Positions 39,927-52,700 of a DNA stretch of 64,000 nucleotides are shown piece by piece. This DNA is from Marsupella aquatica (taxonomy: Eukaryota; Plantae; Marchantiophyta). Positions within the stretch are counted from its first letter, which is position 1, and each line of letters starts with the position of its first letter. The notes beneath the pieces are model-generated. The model had not been told where the DNA came from and ran no database searches. It saw nothing but the letters and a program-made list of their open reading frames with translations. The stretch covers positions 23,806,709 through 23,870,708 of the forward strand of contig OZ316894.1 in the NCBI GenBank assembly GCA_973895155.1. The letters are read 5' to 3'. Made by a program: the position numbers and the translations under genes.

Positions 39927-40503
39927 CACAGAGGGAACTCTCTTGTTGCGCGACTAGAAGGTTGGCCCAAAGACTAAGGCCCATCGTAAGTAATGTCAGC
40001 AAACAAAGACGAGAGCCAGCGGCCCTTGTCGCTGTACAAGATACACAGAGGGAACTTGCTCTTTGAGCGACTGAAAAGTGAGCCCTAAGACTAAGGGCCG
40101 TCTTGCATGTGACAAGTCCTTTGTGTTCTGGCCCTAAACTGAACCAGTGGCATTTTAAATACAGTGACAGGCCGGCAGTAGTGACGGCGGCTTTAGAGGA
40201 TATGCAAAGGCAAGGGCCGGAAATTTTCCGGCTTGAGGTCCCGAACTTTGAACTGCGAATAAAACAAAACCACAGCGGATCCTGCCCTGTACAATTTGTG
40301 GTGCCAAAGACAAAGAAGTAAATGCGATTGAGTAAGCACGGCACACGTAAGCTCTTCTTGATTGTATTTTGCCGACATCGGGCTGCTAAGTGTCGCTTTT
40401 TTCAGGACTCTTGCACATGCAAGACAGCCCTAAGGCCCATCGTAAGTAATGTTACCGAATTGAACAAAGACGAGAGCCGGCGGCCCTTGTCGTTAGCTGT
40501 ACA
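39927..40503. repeat. Mosaic of direct and inverted repeats (probable small TE remnant)
   Basis: taaggcccatcgtaagtaatgt...aacaaagacgagagcc(a/g)gcggcccttgtcg at ~39975 and ~40431. Inverted pair ctaagggccgtcttgcatgtgacaagtcct (40091-40120) / aggactcttgcacatgcaagacagccctaag (40404-40434). Confidence 0.6.
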
Positions 40504-40687
40504 CTAATTAGCAGAGCAAGAAACAGCTTACTAATTAATCTTGTGGTTAGCGAGACTTAAGGGAAAATTAAACAACAGTATTGATCAATTTAGACCTGAT
40601 CTTCAACATGTAGGTCTTAAAATTAGGGAGCTATTGAGAAATTTGTTGCATGAGAGGTGGCGAAGTTGGAATCACCCAAGGTTAAAA

Positions 40688-43120
40688 ATGACTAGCTTGA
40701 TTATCTGTTCCTTGAACATAAATAGAGACCAAGTGGAAAAAAACCCTGCGGACAGAAAAGATTCCATGCTATTTTCTGTTCATCTTGACACCTTGGCTTG
40801 GCTTTCAATTATGCTCTCAATTAGAGTCATTGTCTGAGGCTTCCAACAGGCCCAAGAAGTAGCTTTTGATTGTGCTTTATTTGTTGGACTGTAAAATTTG
40901 CACCTAGTTTAACTACATTGTTAGTCATGTACAATAGGAGTTTTCCAAGCTGTGAAGATAAGTTTAGAGTCACTGTTTCTCTTCTCTATTCAATGTGGGG
41001 ACAAAGGTATGAGGAAGTGATACACATTCATGCTCTGAAGAGAAATCGATTCACCAACTGCTGACTGGCTTTGGCTTAATTAGTAGCAACCCAAATTGTA
41101 CAACTTATGTCAATAACTCAGCGCACATAATTATGTGCATCTTCTGTGATCCTAATTCGAACCAATATGGACATTCCACTTGTTGTCTTAGTTGACACGG
41201 ATTCATGTATGCCTGTTACATGTTATGAAGACTTAGAGTGGCTTTATAAGATATTGATGACTGCTGCCATTAATTCACTTTACAAAATGTTGGGGATCCG
41301 AGTGGGGATTTTGGATCCACTTTACAAGATTTGCAGCTCATTTTTGTCCCAGAATTTAGACCACCTCACTTGGAGATCACTTCTTCTGACCCCTTGGTCT
41401 GCGATCCATTCCTATTTGAATTCATACATCTGCTTTAAAAGGGGACTCGCAATTCCTTCAGAAGTTCTTCTCTTGTCACAGTTAGAAAGAGCGTAGCCAA
41501 AGAATACCATGACATTCAGGTGGAGTGGGTCCCCAACATGTCTTTTAGCAAATTAATCTAGCACCACTGGCTGCACTTTGCTTTACAATACCTTTGGGGG
41601 GCCATAGAAGGATTCCAAAAATGCTTTTAGCCCCGGGACAGTACATTTAGTGTGTGAAAGGTCCGTCCAGTTTGGCTTGGTAAAAAATCCTCACAAGTGC
41701 CCCCACCCTCTTGTGGCCCTGCAATTGGTTTTTTAGAGGACTTGCAATTTGATGAATGTGCTCTTCTAGACATTTTAAAAGCCCAGAGAGTTACATCAGA
41801 CGAGTAGGCTTGACAGCCAACCTAGGAACTTACAAGCATGATTGTAGTCCACCGTCTTTAGAAGTAGAACATTGTTAACTAAAATCGCTTAACTGGCTTG
41901 TCAGGAGATGTAAGTTGGGCTTACGAGTAGTGTACTCTCTAGGCTATGTCTGCCCTCTCTATGGCTTGTTGTTGCTGTTGTTGTAGCTCATAAGGGAGTG
42001 ACTAATTTTGGGCAGTTACTCTTCAATTATTGCTGACGGGATGAACAGATGCAAATGGACTTTTCTAATCGTTATATTACGGAAGTGGGGCAGCCAAGCA
42101 ATAGGGGAGCAAACTAAAAGACCCAATGGAATGTTGAGGGTTGCGGATAGGGTAGAGGACATGGATGACCATTGATGGCGACCTTTGGATTATATCAACT
42201 TAATATGGCTACTTTGCATAATGAGCCAAAAAAAAGGAAAAAGATGGCAATCTAATCATGAGTGGCAAAGTACATATTTATTAAAAAGAATGACAATGCA
42301 TATATGTAGCCAAAGACGAGTGGCCATGGTATAAGTCTTACTATTCTTGAAAGTCCCAGTTGCAAGCGCTTTACTGTGGGAGAAAAACCATGCTTTCTCC
42401 TGAAGTAAATGATCATCGTGATCAGGAAGGACTCATTAATGGCCAATTCGGTTTACTGGAATTTGAGTGCTGAAGTGTTTGCTGTAAGATCCAGACAGCG
42501 TGGATGGCACTCAAAAGGAGACTTCAGAAAGTTATCTAATCCCACTAGATCTTGCCATTTACAGGGTCCAACCTGCACGAATTTATCACTAGAGAAGTGA
42601 CGAGGCAAAATCGATGAAGACACAGGAGAAGGCTTTCGATTGGTACCTCCGAAATGGGTCAAATTGTTTGAAGAATAATGGTAAATCTCCCTCAATTGTG
42701 GGGATGTTGGCTTCCTGCTTACCTGGATGATCAGGTTCCGCTGTTAGCCACACGAGGGAAATTAACCCCAACTTCAGCACCAGAATCTAAATGGGAAGAC
42801 AGAGGACGATTCACTATCAAGAGTAGTAAGAACTAGATCCAACGACTGTCGCACGGTAGCCTTAAATCGCCATGACTTGGATGGGGACTCCGGGACTGGG
42901 AAAATGGGAAAGGGGCTGATCATGAATACAGAAAACTGTTTCTCGAACGTTCCTTCGGTAAGATCAATTTTCCTGTGGTGGAAGACAGAGGAGTACTTAT
43001 CAAATTTAGCCCCTCTTTCCTCCCCTTCATTGGGTTCCTTTGCCTTTGTGATCTTGTCTCCCCTTTCGCGTTGTTGCCCTTGGGCACTATGTTATGTACT
43101 TATCAAATTGAGCCACATAA
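40688..43120 (+). pseudogene. Highly degenerate LINE (L1/Tx1-like) ORF2 remnant (endonuclease-RT)
   Basis: Motif remnants in expected order: MTSLIICSLNI (endonuclease start), HIHA (~NVYAP), IFCDPN (~GDFN), HLTW, IIVIRK, QEKAFDW at 42623 (~DxEKAFD), PLSRCCPWALCYVLI / QIEP (~QGCPLSPLLY..IEP). Many stops and frameshifts. Confidence 0.5.
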
Positions 43121-43267
43121 AGTAGATTCTACTACACAAACGGATTCAGAGGAAGAAGTCAAGAACGGGACTCGTCCGTAGGTCTCGTCAAGGAGAGTTG
43201 GTACGTGAGTGACCTTTTAAGGAAAAGACCATAAGTTCAGGAAAGCACCCTCTGCACCGGATCGAGG

Positions 43268-43276
43268 TACTTAAAC
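43268..43276 (+). promoter_or_regulatory. TATA-like element of the U2 snRNA promoter (tacttaaa, about -30)
   Basis: Position ~30 nt upstream of the U2 start fits plant snRNA promoter layout, but the sequence is non-canonical. Confidence 0.4.
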
Positions 43277-43298
43277 CCATTCTTCTCCCTGTAATCGC

Positions 43299-43494
43299 AT
43301 ACCTTTCTCGGCCTTTTGGCTAAGATCAAGTGTAGTATCTGTTCTTATCAGTTTAATATCTGATACGAGGGTCATCGACCCTCACGATATTAATCTAATT
43401 TCTCTCGGGTGCAGGGCCAACGGGGTAGCTTGCTATCTCGGTCCTGCCAGTGTCGCCTTGGTATTGCACTGCCTCCAAGGCAGGCGCAGCCCAC
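43299..43494 (+). ncRNA. U2: U2 spliceosomal snRNA
   Basis: atacctttctcggccttttggctaagatcaagtgtagtatctgttcttatcagtttaatatctgata. Branch-pairing GTAGTA at 43332. Stem IIb gagggtc/gaccctc, stem III with ggtagcttgctatc, stem IV gccttgg-attgcac loop-ccaaggc. 3'-box-like ca-cgga-agaccaa just downstream. Confidence 0.97.
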
Positions 43495-44363
43495 CTTCCT
43501 CACGGAAGACCAATCTAATCCAAACAGAATGCTCATAGTGTCATGACCTTCCTGAAGAAATTTCACCTTCGTCACGGAGACCACTTCTGTGGAAACCACC
43601 CTAATCTCATAAGGATGCTCAAAATCTACAAGCATCATCGGATGACCTTCCGCATGAAATTCAAATACTGATCCAAATCCATCGTCGTAGGTAACTAGGT
43701 AAGTCTGTTGTCCTTGCTGAGAGGAATCGAGTGCGTCGATTTCTGTGAAGGAGCACCAATTTCTTTGGCACCTGAACTGTAAACTAATCCCAGTGTAATC
43801 TAAACAGGGCGATCCATCAGCACAAGAGTTGCGTCCGGCATGAGCACCAGAAGAGCTGACGCAGATCCTCCTCGTAGATGCGTGTCTGGTCGCCGTTGCA
43901 TTGAGGCGTTGGCTTCCTGGGAAAGAGTAAGTATGCTCATTACCGACCTACTCCATTTTCAATCTCGCACTGCGCCTTTAATTAGCTCGTGAGAATGTGT
44001 TGCGTCAAGTCGAAATTTGCTCTGTTCTGTCTGCCGATATCGTAAATGAAACTGTTGTGTGGCTCCCGAGTCGGGTGGTGAACGTTGTGTGTCTGTCGAC
44101 TCTGGTTGGAATGTTATAAGTTGTCAACTCGTCTGATACTGCTTCAAGTGGGCTAATGAGTTAAAATGCTAGAAGCCCTTACATCCAACTTGTCAAGGAT
44201 TTCTGCAGTTAGTGGAATCACCCATTCGCTGCACATTGCACTCATGGAATTCAATACAGAGTGAAGGTGTTCAGCTTGTGCTGTACTGCAAGGTTGGATT
44301 GGAGGGCCAAGTAACTTACTGTGAGTTCAGCGTTTCTACTAGGTTGCTCGAGCTGGTGGAGAA

Positions 44364-44945
44364 ATGGTGTTGGCCAGCGTTGGGAGGTGCTGTTTTGCTG
44401 CAGCTGTGGTTGCTCTTCTTGTGCTTGGGACTATAGGAATCACACAAACCGTGACACAGGTGACACAGGTTTTGGTGAAGAATGGGCTACCGAAGGGTCT
44501 GCTCCCTGCAACAGTGAAGAGCTACACTCTAGGAGCGAATGGCGAGTTTCAGGTGAACCTGAGGTCCACTTGCACCACCAAATTCGGCGGGGAGCAGGTT
44601 TACTACAAGAAGACCATCACGGGCGAGTTGAGCTACCGACAGCTCAGTAACCTTCGTGGCATTCAGGTCTATGAGGCGTTCGTTTGGCTTTCAGTCACTA
44701 GCATCAACGTCGACAAGATCCTTCCGAAAACTATCTGGTTCAAAGTGGGGTACTTCTCCAAGGCCCTAAGCACCGATCTCTTCAAAGTAGCTCCTTTATG
44801 CAACTCCCTTTCAGTTGAAGAAGAAGAAGTACCAAATGGGGCTATAACCTTCTCGGAGTGGCTATCAATGGCTCTCAGCAGTAGATTGGAAGTTAATTTA
44901 CCCCAGACTCCGGATACCGGAGCCGCTCGGAAGGTTTTTCAGTGA
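44364..44945 (+). CDS. DUF538 family protein with N-terminal hydrophobic signal; possible extra in-frame upstream exon at 43840-43926
   Basis: VLVKNGLPKGLLPATVKSYTL...GEFQVNL...C...VYYKKTITGELSYRQLSNLRGIQV..FVWLSVTSI...IWFKVGYFSK....F...P.C is the typical DUF538 pattern. Confidence 0.9.
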   Translation: MVLASVGRCCFAAAVVALLVLGTIGITQTVTQVTQVLVKNGLPKGLLPATVKSYTLGANGEFQVNLRSTCTTKFGGEQVYYKKTITGELSYRQLSNLRGIQVYEAFVWLSVTSINVDKILPKTIWFKVGYFSKALSTDLFKVAPLCNSLSVEEEEVPNGAITFSEWLSMALSSRLEVNLPQTPDTGAARKVFQ

Positions 44946-45904
44946 GGTAGGGTTTCACCTTCCTGCAGGTGTCTTTTTCGTACAACTGGTTTCGTCATGC
45001 TTTTGGAGTCGTTGTCCACGAATGTGATAATTTTGGGACGTTGTGCTCAGGTTTGACAGTTTCAGAGCTTTTAGAGTCAACTTGGAGCTGTGTGTTGAGT
45101 GTTTAGCATCTTTTAAATAGGATTGCAGATTCTGGGAAGGCCTGTGGTGCAGTGAAGTTTTGAAACTTTCCTGTAATTTAACTTTCTATTGGACAGAATA
45201 ACGAAACAGGCCGGGAAGTCACTTATTTGCTGTTTTCGTTTCTCCTTCCACCCGTCTAGGTAGAATTTGAGCTCCTTTTCTCTGGTCATCTGTGTGCTTA
45301 GGTTTCCTAGGCTTCTGTTCTCCACCTTTTATTGAATCGCTTTACTATTGAGACCTTTTCTATTGGTTAGAGTGTCCTTTGTACTTTTTGCAGTGGGATA
45401 ACTTTCCCGCAGTTGATGAATTGTAATAGCGAATTCCTCCGGTCTTCAATCCAATCATTGTCTCTGGACTGGTAGGACTTTTCTGGTCTCTGAAGATCAG
45501 GTCTCTGCTATACTCGTCTTCGAGTTATAGAGGTGAGGATATATAACACTAAATTCTAGCCACGTGCACATTCTCAAGTCATTCGTAACTAGGAAAATGA
45601 TTAAGGGTCTTAACGGATTTCTCATAGCCTAGTCTATGTCAATGTCTCGTGCTGTCAATGGTTTGTAGTCAATCTGCAATTGCATGGAATACCTTACAAT
45701 TAATTGAAGCTTCAAGACAGTTAGAAAGGTAATTTTGTTCGTGGTACATTGTGGTGCTCACTCTTGGTTGTAGCTGCTTTGTGCACCATCATATTTCATC
45801 CAGGTTCGACGACCAGCCAGTATTGCCACTTGCCTTCGGAAGGCAGTCCACAAACCACGCTGTGTTGCCTTTCGGGCCAGTGGAAGTAAGTCTTAGCTCT
45901 TTCG

Positions 45905-46023
45905 GGCAAGTAACCGTGATGATTTGGTAAAAGGCTTCCTTACTGATGTCACTGCCGAAGTGTTGGTTCCAACAAGTAACCATGATGGTTTGGAAAACGA
46001 CTCCCTTACGGATGTCGTTGCCT
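45905..46023 (-). repeat. Diverged ~63-bp tandem duplication
   Basis: caagtaacc(g/a)tgat(ga/gg)tttgg...ccttac(t/g)gatgtc..tgcc occurs twice. Confidence 0.65.
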
Positions 46024-47717
46024 AAGTTTAGAGCAACTATGACTCGGAATTTTGCAAGTACATGTAATTATATGATAGATTGATTGATGCATTGAAAGAA
46101 TATATACGATTCACAAGACTTTCTTATTGTTTCCGGATTCACAGAAACCAGCGAATGTTTCCGAGCTTCACAGCCATTTTCTAGAGTTCCTTCCATGTAA
46201 CTATCAGTCCCTAGATTCATGGGGTTTGGGACTTTGATTCATGACCTCTAATGAGACAACTTCGTGAAAGTTGCCAGACAATTTGGTGGACGTTGCTGAC
46301 GAGACAAACGTATGCGCTGGACTTAGTCCAGTAATCAATCGATCGTTCAATGTGATAACGGAGTACAGTGGCTATTCTTGGACTACACTTAGCAGTATTG
46401 AAATCAACAAATGGTCGACAGGCATCGTAAGGTAGCTCCTTTCGGCTTTGTCCTTTAGAGCACAATTATCAATTAAAGAATGAAAGCAGCAATGCAGTGA
46501 AGGAACGAACGGAGAACCAAACTCAACCAATTCGGATGTGTGTCATTTAATTTTAGGACAACTCTATGAATATGTGAATTGAGGTTTACTTCAATTTTCT
46601 TCCTCCCATTATTAGTTTCAGTTGAAGAATTGTCCTTTTCTCAACCTCAATCTCTTTCCTGTTTAGATTATACAACCTTTTCCGCTCAACTCTAGCAGAT
46701 CTAAGTGCCTCTTTCTCCATTTCAATTTCTTCTATTCTTTGTTGGAGAACAATCCTATCTTCCACCCACCTAGCCTGCACGATTCCATCTTTTCTATGTT
46801 GGATTGCTCTACAAGAGTTTTTGTATTGCTCCTTGCTAATTATATCGTTTGCCCTTTCAACCTTAATAGCTGCAATATAATCTGCCCTCACCTTCTCATG
46901 TGACAACTGTAATATTCTGAAGATGGTCTGGCCAGGCATTGTTTTACAGCTTATTTCATATGATCTTTGGAGATGGATGAAATTTCAACTTTAGTTTGGG
47001 AAAGTCCTAAAACATAATGGTGATGCTAAAGGCTCATTAGAAGTCAAAATTCCTGGAAGATGTCAATCCTTCACAGTTGATTGATTCTTGTTGTGGGAGT
47101 GTCAATTCTTAGCTTCCTTTAAGATTAAGTTGACATCAAGATGCACAATGAGTAATTTTCTCATGTTGTTGTGGATAAACGTCATGAGTTGTAGTTATGT
47201 ACAATCTCTGGTGCATGCTTGTGGAGTGACACTATTTCATGCCATTGTCCGTCAGTAAGGAAATGGCAATCCACGTGATGCAAGCACTCCACAACTGAAA
47301 TCTTGGCATTACAAGAACCCATCATGGACAAAACTTTAACGATGACCATGTCGATAATAGAATTTGCGAATTTCGACTGATACAAAATCTCAAATTCAGT
47401 ACCTGCTCAAGCCAAAAAGCTCAGTTTCAAGGTGCGCCACCTTAGTGATTTGATTTAAGCTTGCTCTTCCGTTCCATCTCATATCTTCAATTTAAAAGAA
47501 TATGCCTTGGGATGGTGCCACAAGACTCTGATATTATTATCGTCGAATATGGACCCCGACGACTGTATAATCTGACACTTTTGATTTGGACGTTTATGAA
47601 GCTTAAATGTCATCCAGCCATTCAGACTCGGGTATGAGAACCCCTCAGTAGTGATATGTTACCAGGCTGAGGGATTTAGGTTAAATCTACTCCAAAGGAG
47701 CACAACTTCTCATCTTA

Positions 47718-47745
47718 GAGTGGAGTGGAGTGGAGTGGAGTGGAG
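47718..47745 (+). repeat. (GGAGT)n microsatellite
   Basis: gagtggagtggagtggagtggagtggag. Confidence 0.9.
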
Positions 47746-49154
47746 CCATTCTTGCTTCAGAGCCCTCAATCGTCAAGATTTATAAAGTCACCACACCCAT
47801 ACAAATCCCCTACAAACGAAGTCTGCAATACCCTTTCTTACATGTATTTTCAAAATCTCTAGCTGCAGATAAATACTCCATGAGCTAAGAAAGGTTTTTA
47901 CATCTAGTTTTGAGCGTCAGGTCCAGCATTGCCATGTACAAAATGGACTGTTTAAACCATGAAAAGGATTATGAGTGGGGTTATCTTCACATGATTGTTG
48001 CATAGAACGGTATCACGTAGTAGGACAGTATCAGTTTGAAGTCTGGACTTCCCTCATCGAAGTAAGCAGGGCAAACCATCACCCATACTCCGAATTAAAA
48101 ACAGAGCTACAAATTACCGATCCTAATTTCTAGTTTCACTCCACTGACCTAATTATCTGCCTTCGTGTTTTCTGTCCCATGCACGCCACAATCAGACCAC
48201 GAAACTTAATCAATCCTACAACCTTGATTTTCCACCTACGAGGGAGGATCTTTACAGCTTTGTTTCTTCTCAAAGTAAAATCTCCAGATCAAGCAAATCA
48301 ACTTACTATTGTAATATGCAATCCTGCCAAACTTCTGCCAATCTCTTCGTCTTTTGGTTACAAATTTGAAAGACAAACCAAATACACCTGTAAAATGCAT
48401 TCAAGTATTTTTTCAAAATGTTATATTCTTTGCAGTGGGTTGCCCAAGTATGGTCTATTATCTTTACATACAAAAGTTTACTAGGGGATAATTGGTATGT
48501 GTGCACATCCACATACAAAACGTTACGGGATAAGTGGTGTGTGCAGATATACAAATGTAAAGATCTAAGGGAACAAACCTCTGCCCTCAGATTTTTTTTT
48601 TTCAAGGTTTTTGTGGACTATTGGATTGATTGACCAGGAGTGTCCAAATTTACACTTAGTTTTATAGTAGAATACATAGTTTATGGGATGACTCTTATCG
48701 TACATCACCTACACTGTGTTTTTTCGGTAAGTACCCAAGTATGCAAGTTGGGAGGAGAATCTTTTGGGGCTTGAGAAACTTTTATGGCATTTTGCATAGT
48801 CTGAGAATCTAGAAGGAAGAAAAGGTTAATCATTCCCTATTTTTTTCTCTTTATTTAATTAAGTGGAAGGGAAGAAAAATGGGGACAAATGGAATCGCAA
48901 GGGAGTGAAGTAATAGGAAAAGATGGCTGGAGGAAAAACATTAAAATGTTCCCCTCCCAATAGCATTGTGAAACCACACGTTGACCCCGCAAAGTCCTGG
49001 GCTGGGGGGCCATCGGCTCTCTTACTCTCCCTCTCACCTGCCCACGTCCTAGCTCTCCAGCCCCAAGAACATTGCTTTCACAACAACAGCATTTTCCAAA
49101 GAAAATAAAAATGCAAAAGTGTATGCAAATTGTTTCTACATGTTTTGTTAATTT

Positions 49155-49351
49155 TGTTGTAAACCCTAGTTTACCCCTTAACCATAGGGCGAGAACCCTT
49201 AACCATAGTATGAGAACTCCTAACCATAGGACCAGTATAAGGGCATTTGCCTACCATGTAACCAAGGGGATATATATATCCCCTCATCAATAGTAATGGA
49301 TCTATCTTGTTGGAGTATCTTTGAGTGTTCCTTTAGTTGTCTATTACAACA
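49155..49351 (+). repeat. 5' LTR
   Basis: Identical by eye to 54830-55026. Confidence 0.97.
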
Positions 49352-49365
49352 CGTTATCAGCACGA
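49352..49365 (+). promoter_or_regulatory. Primer-binding site complementary to the anticodon arm of tRNA-Ile (half-tRNA priming)
   Basis: Reverse complement TCGTGCTGATAACG matches the plant cytosolic tRNA-Ile anticodon arm UCGUGCU(I)AUAACG (tRNA sequence recalled from memory). Confidence 0.7.
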
Positions 49366-49711
49366 GCCAGTCTCTAAAATCATTTTTTTTTCAAGCAGAT
49401 GCAATCGAGTTTTACACGAGGAGAATGCTCGTAAAGTGGCATTTTTTTTAGAAACTGCCATAACCGTTTTTTTTCTTGGTCTCCATTCTTTTGCCTCAGA
49501 GTTGAATTTTTTTTTACAAAACACGAAATTTCACATAGAGCATCAATTCGGGACCAGCATATCGAGAGTCCAAAGGACTAATACTTTATTGGCATGATTG
49601 AAAGCTCCCTCAGCTCCAAATACAAGCTTCCAACCGGTCAATTGTACAATCGAGATACTTCACTCGATTCAATCTTCACCAAAGTTCTTAAACCAACTGA
49701 CATCCCGAATA

Positions 49712-52700
49712 ATGAATACAGTCGAAAAATTATTATGGCCAGCACTTAAAGTCGACGGATCCAACTATTTGACGTGGATCACAGATGTCGAAACTTACTT
49801 TACATCACAAGACCTTGAAGACACCTTAGATACCGACATCGATGTCACGCTCAAACAAAAGGCTAAGGCAGCGTTTCTACTCAGGCAACATCTAACCCCT
49901 CAACTAAAGAATGAGTATATGAACGAAATTAATCCAAGAAAACTATGGGATCTCCTCAAAGCCCGATTTGATCATATGAGGGAGATATGGCTCCCAGAGG
50001 CAAGAAGGGATTGGCATAACCTGCGCGTCATGGACCACACCACAATTGCCAATTACAATAGCGCACTGTGCAGAATTACATCTCAATTAGAAATGTGTGG
50101 ACATCCAATAAATGACATAGATAGAATCGATAAGACACTATCGACATTCCCTGAATCTAATATCACATTAGGTACACAATATAGGAACATGCGTTTCACT
50201 AAGTACTCAGATCTGATTGCTCACTTACTTGTGGAAGAGAAGCAACAGATCGTGGCCTTGCAAAACGCCAGAAAGCGCCCAGCAGGATCAGACCCCCCAC
50301 CACATCGACCTGAAACCCACTACACCAATTATGAAGACAAACAACGAGGAAATTACCGGGGCGGACGAACTCAATTCAGAGGCGGAAGAAACCAATTCAG
50401 GGGCGGGAGAAATCAATTCAGAGGACAAGGCAAACCTTATAACCAACCCTCCGGATCCAATAACACGTGGCGCAGAGGCACCATGAATAATAGAGGAAGA
50501 GGACGAAGCAACCAATACGACACTGCAAACAATTCCCAGAAAATGTGTTACCGATGTGGCAAAATTGGCCACATTAGAAACGCATGTGCAGCCACAGCAC
50601 AAGAGGCCCACAGATACATAAACGACAGAAATAAGTCCAGACAAAACCCCCAAGGACATTATATGGAGATAGAAGAAGAATTGATTGCCTCTCAGAGAGA
50701 AGAAACACAAGAACAGATAGAAGTACATACCTCTCTTACTGACTGGAAATACCCGACATTAGACGACCCCGATACGGGCATCATCGACAGCGGAACCTCA
50801 CATACTATCTTAAAACACAGCAAGTATTTCGAGGCCATCACCCCATCATCCCGCGCTATCACCACCATAGCAGGACTTAATCATATAGAAGAAGGCAAAG
50901 GACGAGCCACATTTATACTACCAGGAGGAACTAAAATCACCGTGAAGTCAGCAATTTATGCCCCGAAAGCAACCCGAAACCTCATCAGCTTCCAGGATAT
51001 CAGATCCAATAACCTCCAACTGCGCACGAATACTCAGGGCAAAACAGAGACATTACAGATCATACAAGACATACAGGGTAAGCCATCCATTAGAGAAACA
51101 TTTGCATTGATCCCCCCAGGCCTATACGCAACCAGTATCCAAACATTCCATATACACCAAGAATCAGAGGATATGACATACATCTGGCACTGTCAACTGG
51201 GCCACCCGGGTACCACTATGTACAACAGGATTATAAGGGACTCCAAAGGAATCCCCAAGACAGTCAAGCCAAAGGTAAAAACAGCCTGCATAGCGTGCTC
51301 ACAAGGAAAAATGACCATACGACCATCAATACCAAAAACAATATTTTCAATACCACAGTTCCTAGAGCAGATCAATGCAGATATCTGCGGACCTATAGAC
51401 CCCCCGAGCGGCCCTTTCAAATATTTCCTGGTAATCATCGACTCATCAACTAAATGGCTGCAGATTTCATTGCTATCTACCCGCAACTTGGCATTTGCGC
51501 GGATCTTAGCACATATTCTTAAATTAAGAGCACAGTTCCCAGAGTATCCTACAAGAAGATTAAGAGTAGATGGAGCTGGCGAGTTCACATCAAGAACATT
51601 CGACGACTTTTGCTGGGCAGCGGGCATCGATACTCAATATCCAGTTCCCCACGTTCATTTTCAGAACGGTATAGCTGAGTCGGTTATTAAGAGACTTCAA
51701 ATGGTGGCAAGACCACTGTTAATGAAGTCAAACTTACCCACATCAGCATGGGGACATGCCATCCTTCACGCAGCTGCACTAATCCAATATAGACCGTCAG
51801 CATATAACTCTAAGACACCATACCACCTGGCGTTCGGCATACCACCGGACCTGTCCCACCTACGCATTTTCGGATGCCAGGTAATGGTGCCTATCTTAGG
51901 ACCAAAGAGAACAAAACTCGGACCCCAACGGAATGCAGGTATCTATGTTGGGTTTGACTCTACTTCGATCATTAGATACCTTGAACCGACTACGGCAGAC
52001 CTGTTCAAGGCAAGACATCAGGACTGCCATTTTTATGAAGATCAATTCCCACAGCTCACGAATACAGCATCAACACAATCCAAGGACACAACGAAAATGC
52101 CCATAAATTGGAAAGCAGACCAAAACAGAAATGACCCCAGAACCAAGCAGGCAGACGAAGAAGTCAGAAGACTTCTCCACCTACATGAAATGCTCGAAAA
52201 GATTCCAGACTCATTTAACGACGCTGCAAATGTCACAAGATCCCACAACTTAGCAGCTAATGCGCCATCGCGAGTACAAACCTCCTCGACACCGGCCAAT
52301 GTAACAGCCCCCAGAGCAAAGCGAGGCAGACCACCAGGGATCAAGGACTCCCAGCCTCGCCAACGTAAAACTCCAGCAGCAAACTTGGGTACACCCGCGC
52401 TGGAACCAGCGATCACACTTAACGTGACAGCGATAAATCAAAACGACCCACTGAGCGAAGAAAACGAGGAAATGTCAATCACATACATGCAAACAGGTAA
52501 CATATATAAACGACCGACAACCCAAATTGATGAACAATTTGCCTATAACGTAATACAGGAAATCACCAACGATATTCCTGATCCGCTCACTATAAACGAG
52601 GCAAAGAAACAACCAGATTGGCCAAAGTGGCAAGCAGCAATACATACCGAGATGGACGCCCTCATCAAGCGACAAGTATTCGGACCATTTAAAATGGCAT

